From positions 13,649,045 to 13,713,044 of the forward strand of contig NC_092680.1 of assembly GCF_964355755.1 (NCBI RefSeq): DNA of 64,000 nucleotides, written 5' to 3'. Under the pieces are notes generated by a model that had not been told where the DNA came from, made no database searches, and saw only the letters and a program-made list of their open reading frames with translations. A program made the translations under genes and the position numbers. Below, piece by piece: positions 47,501 to 58,895 of this stretch. This DNA is from Antedon mediterranea. Taxonomy: Eukaryota; Animalia; Echinodermata. Each line of letters opens with the position of its first letter. The first letter of the stretch is position 1.

Positions 47501-50500
47501 TTTCATATTGTGATGTCTTGCACAAAATCGCGAATATCTCGACTTTCTAGCGCGAAACTACGAAAAACTCAAAAAGTGGGTTACTTTTATTTTACTGTTA
47601 CAATTTACATATTGCGATTTGAAAATCGTTCTTGGTACCATTGTAAAGCTAAAATCTTTATAATTATTTTAGTCTAAATTGCATATAAATCAGATCACAT
47701 ACATAGTTTCAATCAGCTTAAATAAAAACATCGAATTGGGCTAAAAACGCTGGCGGTGGCAGTTTCTAACTGGAAAAACCTCTGGCAGTCAAAGTGTAAA
47801 GGAGTGTGATTACAAGTTGATTGCGAAGGCACTCTATAAAAATTAGACCAGAGTATTTTAATGCATTTTGAAAGTCTAAGCCTAAATACTCTCTGGCCTA
47901 ATTATTTACACACTTAGACAGGTTGACTAACCCGAAGCAGTTTTAACTAGACAATATACGCCGGACTAGTGAAATATCGAGCCTTGTATATGCAGCATTA
48001 TTGTCTACATGAAATTACCTTTGTTTTGACTTTATAGGCCATATATGAACCCATCATACCATCCCCTGTAAAGCAAAAGAACATTACATAATTTTCATAT
48101 CAACACTGGTAATGCAATGAACATTTTGAAACAGCAAATAATCAAATCAAGTAGAACTTGAAAATAATACTACTACATTGATTTTGAGATGGGACAATTG
48201 TTGACATGAGGGAATCAAATTTAAAATTATTGAATTTGTCATATCATTTCTGGTTAAAAGGTACATAAAAGTGTTGCAATATCAGTTCACTTTCCAGCCA
48301 AATATCACTTGTTTCTTACCAACTTTCTGTGGATCAGTAATTATAATTTCCATATCAAATTTATCCTGATCTTCTTCAAACTGGTCTTCCTCTTCAACTG
48401 GTTCCTAAAAAATGTTAACAGTTACTATTCTGAACATATAAGTAGTTTTAAAGATGCAAATAAACGACTTCAATGACTCACATTAAAGTACTGTAGTTGA
48501 CTACATTCAGAAATATTACTTATAATCAAGATACTGTACAAGATAACTTTATTGTCAAATAGATCAACGAAAGATTTGAAATTGGTTTTTCTCATGGTAA
48601 CTTAATATAAAAATAGAATAAAATCAGTAAAATGTTAAAACACAAAGTAAAATACACAGTACAGTAAAATATGTACAGATAAAAATGCATATACAGGATT
48701 TACAAAATACAAAAAGAATAAGAGGATAAATGCTATCAGGTGTTCGAAAATACAATTATTTGTGTTTGTCGTCATTATATCTAAATATGCATTGTGGGAC
48801 AAACGACAGTCGGTACCGTTCTGTCCGTTACCTTGATGGTACTCTATAGTCTACACCCAGTACGATTAAACACGAAGGCTGTACGGAGTGGATGAGTATC
48901 ATCGTTCATAATTGCAATTCTTTTCTGTTCCATTCGATTATCATACATTTCCATAATCACTAGGCAGATTATTATCTCCATTTATGCATTTCTTAGCTCT
49001 TTCTTTTAACTATGCATTTAAATTGCTTATTATTGTATTCATAAGTGTTACCATAGTAACAAGTTAAGTTAAACATTAGAACACTTTGTATAACGGCTTT
49101 TTAGAAGGTATATCCAGATATATTTGGACCATCATGAGGATAGGACCAAGCTCTTGGAATTTTACCTGTACCATCATTAAGTTACCTTTTCTTTTTCCTT
49201 GGCATCACCAGATGCGGCAGCTTCCTCGTCAATTCCTGCAGCTGTTGCGGGAGAAGATGGAAGTGAATCAACCACTGGTTCGTCTTCTTCCTCATCATCT
49301 TTTTTATCTATTTGCTCCGCATCAAGATTTGCAGGCTCACTCTCATCAGCAGGCTCATCATTTAATGAAATCTCATTAGTCCCTTCTGAAATGCAACACA
49401 CTTTTTTTCTTTTTTTTCGTTTGGTAGTTGACCATAGGTTTAATTGAAACATTAGTATAAATTAGCCTGGTAAATAAAACTCACTTCACAAGGAGGAACT
49501 GCGAGTATGCAAAACCTCTGCTCTTTTTATGCTAGTGCAACATGTTTCTTTTTATCCAGTGGCAGATTGAGAAGGGAGGAGAGTAGCGTGAACAGGACAT
49601 GAAATTAAAATTGTAATCAACTTTCATACAATTTTATTCAATTCTGAATGTTAGTAGTACAGCGGACTATAGAATTAGATAGATATTTTTATTTTTAAAC
49701 CTACACTGGCCAAAAACAAATAGAAATATAGATTAAAAAACAAAAACTTTCAAAATAAAAATTAGTCTGTAGAAACATCACACACAATGTACCTCCAAAC
49801 AAGTCATCATCCTCTGTTGTTTCTTTTGGTTTATCATCTTCAACTTTTTTGGTCTGAAATAAATCAGTAAAACAAAGTAATGACAGAATCGAAATAATGT
49901 AGTGCCACCGGTCCTGCAGGTGTGCACAGCACTTAGATTCTATGCAAGTGGATCAAGTATATCGCCAAGCCTCATTATAGTTTGCCGGTTGAACAGAAAT
50001 TTTCTGTCAAATTTGTTGTCGTCATACTTATCAAGCGGATGCAATCTATCACGAAAAATACGCCCATTTCTCTCTCGATAACCTTTTTTGTCTTCGCGAC
50101 GAATCCTAAGCCTGCTACGAGGAGGCTTAGAATCTAAGACCATGAAATGGCCTCTCGTAGGCTTATTAGACTTTATTTTTCAAGAGGCTTTATTCTTAGC
50201 AGGGCTCGATTTAGTGCTAGCCTGGCGTACAATGGCTAGTAAAAAAAGCTCCGGGCTACCTAAAGTATCTTCCTTTAAGCCCGTATGGCTAGTAGGTTGT
50301 GGGAACTCGAAATTGGGACGAAATGACCTCATAAAAATAACTCCAGCATGAAAGACATATGTCTTGGCAACATCAGCAAAAAAAACCACTCGCGCCCTGC
50401 TGTGGCCATAACAAGTGATGAAGTAGGCGGAGCCTCTCATAATCAAGCAAATTTCCCGAATTATGATTGGCCATTTATGTTTTTGTCACCCAGGTTATTG

Positions 50501-53500
50501 TGAAGTAGGCGGAGCTTCATTAGCAGGTCAAACATGTCACAAAAATATGACCATAAATAACGAACTGTGATTGGCCAAATGTAGTAGAATTTTTTCAATG
50601 TTAAAAATAACTTGTCTAGTCTTGTCAGGCCTGGTTGTCACGCACGGATCAAAGCTAGGGATATTTTGTAGGGCTGGGTGGCTGGCTCTATCCCTGTAGG
50701 TAGGCCATGGAGGCCATATTTTATAATATGCGTAGGCCTAGATAGAATCAAAAGCAATCGTTTGGCATCGTGATGGCTGCTCAGCAGCTAGGCCTAGCTA
50801 GGTACTACCATTTTGGTAACAGTAGGCCAGGTGCTCCAATGCGATCTAGGCCTAGGCCTAGTAGGTATGTCTATCCTAGCTACCCTACTACTACTAGTAC
50901 TAGGCTAGGCCTAGTACTATAATAATAGGCTCTAGGCTAGGCCTAGAAGGTAGACAGAATCTGATTAGTTTTCTTGGCTAGGTTGAAGCCCAACAACAAA
51001 AAGACCTCAATAAATTGATTCTGTGAATATGGTAATGCACTTGTCAATTGTATGACCCACTATACGACCCCCGGGAGAGGTGCGTCATTTGTCCGATGTG
51101 CGTCATACCATGACGCACCCGTGCGCCAAAAAGGTGACTTACCTTTAGGTGACCATGACGCACCCATTTTGACGCACTGTGACCATGTTGTTTATGATAT
51201 TATTGTGGGTGGTAAAGTGACGGACATTGACACACCTTGTTCATTGATGTGACATACCATCTAGGTTTTTTGACGCACCCCTACGTCAGTAATTATTTGT
51301 AAATGACGCACCTCTCCCGGGGGTCGTATAGTGGGTCATACAATTGACAAGTGCAAACATGAAACAGACTAGGCCTAGGTATGCGACGCAAAGTTAATTT
51401 TTATAATGTGAACAATAAAGAAATACAATTTTGTGTAATTTTTCATGCAATAATAGTTTAATACAGTATGGTATGTAAATGTGTAGCAATTCTCGAGCGT
51501 TTAGATTAATGCGCCCTCTATTGTACAAAATGCCTGAATTCATTTATATGGCGGCCCTGCTATCACGGTGCGATATGAGTGGGCTAGTAAAATAATGTAT
51601 GGGCTAGTGAAATCTAGAGTGAACTAGCCCAGTGGGCTAGCAACATGAAAAAGATAAATCGAGCCCTGCTTAGACCCCAATTGAGGGCGGTATAAAGCCT
51701 AGGCTTAATCCTAATAAGACCGCGGTTAAGACCTTTATTTATTGAAATCCGCCCCTGTAATTTGATGTTCACAGAATAAATCGAAAAATTCTTAGATCCT
51801 AGAGAGATATTATTAGATTATAAGTATAAAATGTTGAATCAGGGCTCGAAATTCACGCTAGCAAACTAGCATTTTGCTAGTAGATTCTTGATAATTGCTA
51901 GTTGAAAATTTCAAAACTAGCAAATGTTTGCTAGTGTAATTTTTGAAAAAATACGTACTTTTTAGCTTAGCCACGCTAGCCGCCAATCGCTATGTCGACA
52001 ACGGATAATAGGAACCAATTTGGTGAAAACAATTGTTTCATTTACACGCCGCCAATTTACGTCAAGGAAACGCGAATAGCACCGTGAATCATGTGGTAGC
52101 ATAGTTGTTAACGATGTGCATTATAAACAGCAAGCTTTTCACCAACACAAAAGCATGTGCATTTAGTACGTCGCTAAGGATTACATCATCAGTCACGTGA
52201 TTACAGAATACGCGATTATCAATTTAGGGATTTAACGAAATAAATATTTTGCCTACACAGTGGTCGAAGGGCGTATTTAATAGATTCGTAAATAGTAAAC
52301 ACCCCCCCACTTAATGGACTCTTCCAATTTTGTTTATGATCTCGCGCTCGAGAAGAACGTCTCCTCGGCTCCTCGGTCCTGTTGTTTGTGCGATGGATTT
52401 TCTTATGTCTATTGTTTACCTGTGGAATTAAATTACACACACTTTCGCATCACAACTTCAATTACTGATTTACACAGCAATGGGCAAAGGATTCATCAAA
52501 GAAGAATACGTTGAATAAAAATTCACTTAAGAAATGCCGTAAGCTGTTTTCAAACTATTGATCAGCCCACTATTATTCCAACATCATGCCTCTCGTGCGA
52601 TAGGGAATTTCCTGGATAGAGACGAGTGGAGCGCGAGAGACGGCGGAGTGAGGCGGGCGTAGCTTGGACGGATTAGTTAGGGCCTACCAATTTCGCTCGG
52701 TGGCAATTAAATTTAATGTTTTAATTACGTCTGGATATAAACAATATAAAACTCAGTTTTGTCATCGGCAATGATATTTTATACATAGGCCTAGGCCTAG
52801 TCAATTTTGTTCCGCTTCAAATTTTAAAAGTTTTATGTTTCGACCTAAAAAAAGTGGGCCGAAACGTCTCGGGACGAATCGTCCATAGGCCGAAACGCCC
52901 TTGATTTGACTAGCCTGAAAGCATGTCTTGATCTTTTTTTAATTTGGCTAAAAAGGGTACTACTACTACTACAGCTTTGCCTAGCTAGCTAGGCCTACAC
53001 CTAAAAGCTAGGCCTAGGTCTACACCTAAATAAATTAAGATTTGTGTAGAATTTAACTATTTTACCGAAAAAAAATTGTGATTGCTAGTTATGCTGCTGA
53101 TTTTGCTAGTTAATTTTTTTACAACTAGCAAAGTTTGCTAGTCGAAAAAAAAGTAAATTTCGAGCCCTGTGATTGTGAATAGGCCTAGGCCTAGATTTAA
53201 TTAAAATTATTTTATTTTTTATATTATCAGTTGACGGATTATTATAGGCCTAAGGCCTAGTCTATCTAAGTTTTTGGCCGAGTTGACGTGAGGCCGAGTT
53301 GACGTGGGGCCGTCTTGACGGTTTAGGGCCGAGTTGGATCGAATTCTGAAGGCCTAGGCTGCTAGGCCTACGCTCACCCACCACACACTAACCACCCTCA
53401 ATTCACGGTCACACCCGCTCCTCTCTTCGCTCGATCGCGGGCAGGTGCCCAGCCAGTGTGTGAGAGATTGTAGACATACCAAATATTTGGCTAAACTAGC

Positions 53501-53642
53501 TAAATTGCATAATATATTTAATCAACGATACCTCTTCCGATGCATCTTTGAAAATATCTTCCTCTTCTTGTTTATCACCGTCTTTGAAAAGTTGTTCTCC
53601 TTCATCTTCGAACAGCGGAGGTGGTTCACGATCGTCAGCCAT
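23563..53642 (-). CDS. SNX2: Sorting nexin 1/2 (PX-BAR), 14 coding exons, 522 aa
   Basis: Exons 53642-53532 ([14 protein letters not shown]), 49853-49793, 49385-49186, 48404-48320, 48065-48019, 45923-45782 (RRFSDFLGL...[11 protein letters not shown]), 44825-44665, 44388-44275, 43974-43881, 43200-42995 ([20 protein letters not shown]), 42710-42567, 24066-23986, 23782-23711 and 23613-23563 ([12 protein letters not shown]). All GT..AG; total 1569 nt in frame. Probably co-orthologous to vertebrate SNX1 and SNX2. Confidence 0.95.
24752..25520. mobile_element. Tc1/mariner-pogo type MITE, TA TSD
   Basis: ta|cagtcgactccgcctaagtc ... gacttaggcggagtcgactg|ta; internal repeats of taagtcgaa. Confidence 0.88.
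25989..29059. mobile_element. Foldback/MULE-like non-autonomous element nested in the Zator-like element
   Basis: Inverted arms of about 430-490 bp (25993-26480 vs 28628-29054) built partly from tgtccataatagg repeats; flanked by the 9-bp direct repeat tccgcttgc (25980-25988, 29060-29068). Confidence 0.82.
29723..31604. mobile_element. CAG-ended non-autonomous element with 5-bp TSD (hAT5-like), nested
   Basis: tttgt|caggcccgtagccag ... ctggctacgggcctg|tttgt. Confidence 0.8.
30055..31152. mobile_element. pogo/Tc2-like MITE, TA TSD, nested inside the 29723-31604 element
   Basis: ta|ccgtatatttcggtgtacaagtcgcac ... gtgcgtcttatacaccgaaatattcgg|ta. Confidence 0.8.
31808..31951 (+). repeat. ~140-bp direct repeat, copy 1 (copy 2 at about 35729-35866)
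   Basis: gtgggatag(c/a)aattctaatta...ttaaccttttgtattataatccttttgtatttcgacactgtttatatgaagc...gcgttggctt is present twice, nearly identical. Confidence 0.9.
32779..34773 (+). CDS. Zator/TP36 (ISAzo13-related) DDE transposase, 3 exons, about 545 aa
   Basis: Exons 32779-33055, 33272-33505 and 33647-34773 splice in frame. Motifs [12 protein letters not shown] (D1), [13 protein letters not shown] (D2) and [15 protein letters not shown] (E); C-terminal CRDPNCTHC and CAIC-x12-H-x4-H. The true start codon is uncertain. Confidence 0.8.
35729..35866 (+). repeat. ~140-bp direct repeat, copy 2
   Basis: Near-identical to 31808-31951. Confidence 0.9.
36837..39658 (+). CDS. BEN-domain protein, 4 exons, 467 aa, with a charged 10-aa repeat region and a CxxCxCxxC motif
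   Basis: Exons 36837-37077, 37595-38122, 38527-38604 and 39102-39658; all three introns phase 1, total 1404 nt. The C-terminus [26 protein letters not shown]...[11 protein letters not shown]...[10 protein letters not shown] fits the BEN domain pattern. Confidence 0.82.
39738..39900. mobile_element. 163-bp palindromic MITE, TA-flanked
   Basis: ta|aagctctatctacactatcaaactttatgtgacaaaaaaatgtgatgtgcccatatatgg ... reverse complement|ta. A half copy lies at about 42524-42561. Confidence 0.85.
45040..45584. mobile_element. MITE with TTAA TSD (Kolobok-like termini)
   Basis: ttaa|agatgtattgtccctt ... aagggacaatacatct|ttaa. Confidence 0.82.
46118..47986. mobile_element. Decayed CAG-ended element (family of 50200-51668) hosting a later insertion
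   Basis: tacat|cagaactcgatt ... atcgagccttg|tatat; 4/5 TSD match; ctagt/ctagc subterminal repeats. Confidence 0.55.
46737..47796. mobile_element. piggyBac-like non-autonomous element (TTAA target)
   Basis: ttaa|cactttgactgcca ... tggcagtcaaagtg|taaa; second partial copy at 12452-12935. Confidence 0.8.
49900..50199 (-). pseudogene. Decayed N-terminal fragment of a PIF/Harbinger transposase
   Basis: [36 protein letters not shown] resembles Harbinger transposase N-termini. A candidate terminus (ggggcggatttc on the - strand) lies at about 51744-51755, beyond the 50200-51668 insertion. Confidence 0.55.
50200..51668. mobile_element. CAG-ended non-autonomous element with 5-bp TSD (hAT5-like)
   Basis: cttag|cagggctcgattt ... 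aaatcgagccctg|cttag. Confidence 0.82.
51036..51355. mobile_element. 320-bp MITE with ~55-bp perfect TIRs, nested
   Basis: tgcacttgtcaattgtatgacccactatacgacccccgggagaggtgcgtcattt and its exact reverse complement at 51301-51355. Confidence 0.85.
51840..53169. mobile_element. CAG-ended non-autonomous element with probable 5-bp TSD
   Basis: tgaat|cagggctcgaaatt ... aatttcgagccctg|tgatt; ttgctag subterminal repeats at both ends. Confidence 0.75.
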
Positions 53643-54045
53643 GTTTTTGGGTCATGTGAGAAGGCAAGGCCAGCAGCAGCAGCGCAGAAGTGTTGCACAA
53701 ATAAACTCACAACAGACAAAAAGTTCCGTTTTATTTTTTAATGATTGCAATTAAAACGTTGGAATTTAAAATTTAATTTATATTTATTATTTACACAAGC
53801 TAATCCAAATTTACTTTCAGAAACAGTAAAAAATAACGTATTTTTCACTATTTCCGGAAAGACATTCAATGTTGTGAATAAATCTTAGACGCACGTAACA
53901 CTGATAAGAGGATAGAGGAGTCTAGTATCATTATTATTATCATAATATTCAGAGAGATGTAATAAACCGAAGGCTAGAGGGCGTACTCCAGACTGAAAAG
54001 TGATTCCAACAGGAGTCGAGGCGGCGAGGGGGGGGGGGGGGGGGC

Positions 54046-54330
54046 AACAAGATGGCGGCCGTAAATGTGTTCAAAAACATTGTTTAATATAAAAAATAAT
54101 AATCTAATATAATATATTCAGACCACATAAATTACAACACATATTCTTGTCAAAGCACAGTGAAGTTTTTATAAAATTAAATAAATTGTTTTTTTGTCGC
54201 AATGGAATGAATAATTTCTTGGCAATCTAGCATTTTTTGTGTACGTACAGAATGCGTTCACGTTTATATGCTTAACATGCTGCGTTGCGTATCGTTCTCA
54301 TGCAGATAGGCTCAACGCAGGCATATAGTA
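54046..54330 (+). repeat. Left copy of a ~290-bp inverted repeat bracketing DIS3L2
   Basis: Reverse complement of about 57815-58053 plus 58897-58961; begins caacaagatggcggccg (YY1-like motif). Confidence 0.85.
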
Positions 54331-55129
54331 GTGGATATTGCGTAGGGCATATCTGATTGTCTGACATAGTCGATTGCAGTCACCATCTTGTTGGAGAATC
54401 ACTTTTTGAACTGCGATAAGATTATATTAAAATAAGGTTTTATTATAAGGTAATATTTTAGTGTGAGTGTCGTAGAACAGTATTAAAACCTTATTTTAAT
54501 GTTTTCGACCGATATGTATAAATGTCTTCATTCTTGATAATGATTATAGTTTGCCATCCAGCCTTCAGCTATATCACTGATCATATTAAATACAATATAC
54601 AGTATAATAAAATTAATTTCAATAAATAGGCACAACGTATTCATCATAAAATTCCAATAATGAACATCTTTTGCACGATAAGATACAATTTATTTAAAAT
54701 ATTCATATAGTATAAAGGCCTGGAAAAAACATTGCAACATTTTAAAATAAAAGGTTTTTGAATTTGACAATTTGCGTTAAAATATAGGCCTATACTATAA
54801 AGTTTTATAACTTTATTTTGCATATATCATGCATAAAAAGTAATTACATGAATGAACACATTTTTAAAATTAGTGTAAAATATTGGCATAGAATTTATAA
54901 TTAAAAGAGTTATTTCAACCAGATTTCATTAATAACAAAAAATTAAAATTAATTTACTTTTTCTATCTTTTTGTTTTTCTTGGTGTTGCCTAATTAAACG
55001 ACTGTATAAAATTATTTATATTATTACCATACAATTTATCTCAATTTAAACTTTAGACAATTAGCATACATAAAGATCTCTTGAAAAAAAATTATATAGG
55101 GTGGTATAATAGCTAAGTGCTTTGAATGT

Positions 55130-57607
55130 TTAAGTATGACAATCGGGTTCATCCTCCCCATTCAATGGTCTTTTTAAAACTATATTAATTTTCAAATGTT
55201 TGTCACTTGCTACCAAGATAACCTTAACAGCTGAGAATATTGTGAGTACTTGCTTCGTTACAGGCAATTTTGTGTTAGTGTCTTCAGCCCATACCAATTC
55301 CAATTGAGGTCTATTACCAATCTTAGAATATGTGTAACCCAGTTTATCTGAAACTTCAGGTGCATTGCAGTAGGCTCTTTTTACAATACCTAAACATGGA
55401 ATAAGGACATCCACTGATCTATCAAGAACTGCCATTACCATCCCATCTTCTTCCAATGGTTCGCAACTCTTTACATAAACTGCCAGGAATATTTCCGCAC
55501 TCATCTCTTGAACTTTTTTAGAAGCATTCTTTCGTTCATTGCAATGTTTGGCTTGCTTTTCAATTATTAACGGGTCTGTTGTTGGGTCTGAAGTTGCATT
55601 AACAGATGCTGCTAATAAACGATGAACAACAATATCTGCATAGCGTCTGATGGGTGATGTGAAATGTGTGTAAAAAGGCACATTTAACGCATAATGTCGG
55701 TATGCATACTCATCCTCATACAGACCAGTGCAGAAGTATTTTGCAAGCTGCATAGGTTTAGAACAAAGATTAACTAGGATTTGTGACCGGGTTTTGCTAA
55801 ATTTATCCTCACCAACATATCTTTGTAAAGATGTCTGTAGAGATCCTGCAGACGTTCCATCAATGTTTAGACCCATCTCAGCACACGTGGCCACCAGCTG
55901 ATCAAGCATTTTCTCTTTCGGTTCAGAGTGTCGTCTGAGCATCGCTCTTTTTGGATAGTGTTTGTAGACCCTAACTGCAGCTGCCATATTAGCTAGTAAC
56001 ATGAACTCCTCAACAAGTCTGTTGCTGTCTCTCAGCTGATAAACACTATAACCAGATGGCATACCAGTTTCTTTGTCTAAAGTAAATGATAGTTTTGGCT
56101 GATCTAATCGTAAAGCACCTCCATCGAAACGCTTTCTTCGAAGATTTGTAGCAATCTTATTTAAATTTGTAACACATCTTTTAATGTCTTCAGCCTTGTA
56201 ATTGTTTAAAATATCTGGAAGTTCATTCTCTGCAAATACTTTATCTGGATTCTGGATAATATCCTGAGCATGACTATAGCTTAATTTCACACATGAACGA
56301 ATAAGTGTCCGACCACACCATTCACTTTCAATTTCACCATCTTGTGTGAGTATCCATATAAAGGAAAATGCTAGGCGATCCTGGTATGGGTTTAAACTGC
56401 AAAGTTTCTCACATAATAATCTAGGAAGCATAGGAATAACCTTTTGAGTAAGGTAAACACTAGTGGCTCGTTCAGTAGCTGTTTTATCAAGGGCACTGTT
56501 TTCTGATATAAAGTAGCTAACATCAGCAATATGAACTCCAACTTCATAGTTGCCATTGCCTGTTGGTTTACAAGACAATGCATCATCAAGGTCTCGAGCA
56601 GTTTCAGGATCAATTGTAAAAATACACTCGTTTCTTAAATCTTTCCGATTTGCTATTTCATCTTCTGGTATACACCAGTTATCGTCTCTTGGAAGACAAT
56701 CTAAAACCTCTTCTGAAAATTCAGAAAAGTCTACTCCGTGTTCGATTAAGATTGCCTCGGTTTCTGGTTCAATTTCTCCTGCTTCACCAAGACTTCTCTG
56801 CAAATGTCCCTTAGGCATTGCCATGTTACAATCCCAGCTAATAACTCTTGCTATATATAAAAATTTGGAAAAATCATCAGGACGATTTATGAATCCATCT
56901 GGACACTCAGAAACAGGGATATACATACGAGGAATACGGGAATCCTTGGGACTAAAAAGAGCATCCAATCCATTCTTAGAAGGGGGCTTGAGATGTCCAC
57001 CAGCAGCTCTACTGTGATTCAATTCAGAAATATAAACCACCTTCCCAAACCTTTCATAAAACTTATCTGGAATCACAGACACACATGAGGCACCTTCCAA
57101 TGTTTTTACAGGTTGTCCTGCATCATCCTTCAAATTAATAACCTTTTTATCATTGCCAATTTTCAGGCCATCGTGAAACGTTTTAGACAACGTGTTTTCA
57201 TCCTTTGAAGCTTCCCTTTTATAAGCTTCAATATCAACCTTCCAAAGTTCCTTGGGAAGTAATTGAACCACTACTTCGTCGCCATTTAAAGCTCTATTCC
57301 GATTGTGCATACCTTGAATATGAATGTCTCCATAACTATCTGGTGAGTCAATGAAGGCATCCTCATAACTTCGTTGGTTAATCCTCAACAACCCTTTCAA
57401 GAGCGTGTTTCTTTTCAGTCCATCATTAACATCTTCAAACGTGAGGTATGGTTCGAAAGGCTTAAAGTCATGATTTCTTTTTGGGGTTCCTTTCCTTTTA
57501 TCTACTCTTTTTGGTGTTTTACCATCTTCAGTTTGTTTCTTTGGTGTACAGTGATTGGCTTCGAATCTTTTCTTTTGTGAATTTTTCTTTGGTTTATTTG
57601 GAGACAT
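55130..57607 (-). CDS. DIS3L2: DIS3-like exonuclease 2 (RNase II/RNB family), intronless CDS, about 825 aa
   Basis: Uninterrupted ORF with RNRALNGDEVVV, FTIDPETARDLDDALS (catalytic aspartates intact), SNRLVEEFMLLAN and HYALNVPFYTHFTSPIRRYADIVVHRLL. No PIN domain. The first ATG is at 57607. Confidence 0.95.
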   Translation of the reverse strand: MSPNKPKKNSQKKRFEANHCTPKKQTEDGKTPKRVDKRKGTPKRNHDFKPFEPYLTFEDVNDGLKRNTLLKGLLRINQRSYEDAFIDSPDSYGDIHIQGMHNRNRALNGDEVVVQLLPKELWKVDIEAYKREASKDENTLSKTFHDGLKIGNDKKVINLKDDAGQPVKTLEGASCVSVIPDKFYERFGKVVYISELNHSRAAGGHLKPPSKNGLDALFSPKDSRIPRMYIPVSECPDGFINRPDDFSKFLYIARVISWDCNMAMPKGHLQRSLGEAGEIEPETEAILIEHGVDFSEFSEEVLDCLPRDDNWCIPEDEIANRKDLRNECIFTIDPETARDLDDALSCKPTGNGNYEVGVHIADVSYFISENSALDKTATERATSVYLTQKVIPMLPRLLCEKLCSLNPYQDRLAFSFIWILTQDGEIESEWCGRTLIRSCVKLSYSHAQDIIQNPDKVFAENELPDILNNYKAEDIKRCVTNLNKIATNLRRKRFDGGALRLDQPKLSFTLDKETGMPSGYSVYQLRDSNRLVEEFMLLANMAAAVRVYKHYPKRAMLRRHSEPKEKMLDQLVATCAEMGLNIDGTSAGSLQTSLQRYVGEDKFSKTRSQILVNLCSKPMQLAKYFCTGLYEDEYAYRHYALNVPFYTHFTSPIRRYADIVVHRLLAASVNATSDPTTDPLIIEKQAKHCNERKNASKKVQEMSAEIFLAVYVKSCEPLEEDGMVMAVLDRSVDVLIPCLGIVKRAYCNAPEVSDKLGYTYSKIGNRPQLELVWAEDTNTKLPVTKQVLTIFSAVKVILVASDKHLKINIVLKRPLNGEDEPDCHT

Positions 57608-58053
57608 CACTGTCGTCGGTTAATCGTTGTGCGCTGATCGCAAAAAAAGAACTATAGAATAGAATAATAACGTATTTTCCTATTTCCGGTAACACTGCCA
57701 TCATCGGTTACTGTTGATGAACGACTAGTGATCTGTAATAGCCGAAGGCTGGATGGCCATCTCTTAATTTCAAAAGTGATTCTCCCTGGAGAGAGCGGGG
57801 AACCAACAACCAAGACTGCTACGACTGTGTTGAGCCTATCTGCGTGAGAACGATACGCAACGCAGCGTGTTTTAAGCGTATAAACGCGAACGCATTCTAT
57901 ATGATCCTTGTTATACAAAAAATGCTAGATTACCAAGAAATTATTCATTATTGCGATTAATATACTGTATTTAATTTTATAAAATTTCGCTGTGCTTTGG
58001 CAAGAATATGTGTTGTAATGTATGTGGTCTTTCTTAATGTAATATATTAGATT

Positions 58054-58895
58054 GGGGTGTCTCGAAAACAGAGACCTTGAAAACAGAGACCAGACCCACT
58101 AAAACATCTCAATATTACGTAATATAGGGGGTCACGGTTTTCGAGTTTTTCTATAAAACAGAGACCCCACTAAAACGTCTCAATATTACGTTAATATAGG
58201 GGGTCTCTGTTTTCGAGTTTTTCTCGAAAACAGAGACCCCACTAAAACGTCTCAATATTAAGTCAATATTACGTTATAAGGGGTCTCTGTTTTCGAGAAA
58301 AACTCGAAAACAGAGACCCCACTAAAACGTCTCATTATATTGGGGGTCTCTTTTTTCGAGATTTCCCGAGACCCCCTAATATAATCCCTGTTTATTAAGA
58401 GTGTTGCAAATATCCACCAACGAGCTTGGTCATAAATTATTAAAACCCAACTTTTATCGCAAAAACCGTGAATTTATGTTTATTTATTTATCAATTTATT
58501 TATTTTTTTTTAATTCATTTTTTTAAGGCTCGCCTAACACAATATATTTGTCTTCATCCTCAAGTCTGACCTCATCATTTTGTTATTGCATTGTACGTTA
58601 TTATCTTTTATGCTTGTAAATAAATGTTACGAAACTAGTGTCAGCTTTTGAAATATTCTCCCGCTTTTTAGCTTCTAAAGGCACAGCATACGTTTTAGTG
58701 GGGTCAATATTACGTAATATTGACTTAATATTGAGACGTTTTAGTGGGGTCTCTGTTTTCGAGAAAAACTCAAAAACAGAGACCCCCTATATAACGTAAT
58801 ATTGAGACGTTTTAGTGGGGCTCTCTGTTTTCGAGAAAATCTCGAAAACAGAGACCCTGGGTCTCGGGTCTCTGGTCTCTGTTTTCGAGACACCC
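58054..58895. mobile_element. Foldback/MULE-like MITE with 9-10-bp TSD
   Basis: (a)tattagatt flanks both ends; TIRs gggtgtctcgaaaacagagacc with internal repeats of tcgaaaacagagaccc. Confidence 0.85.
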
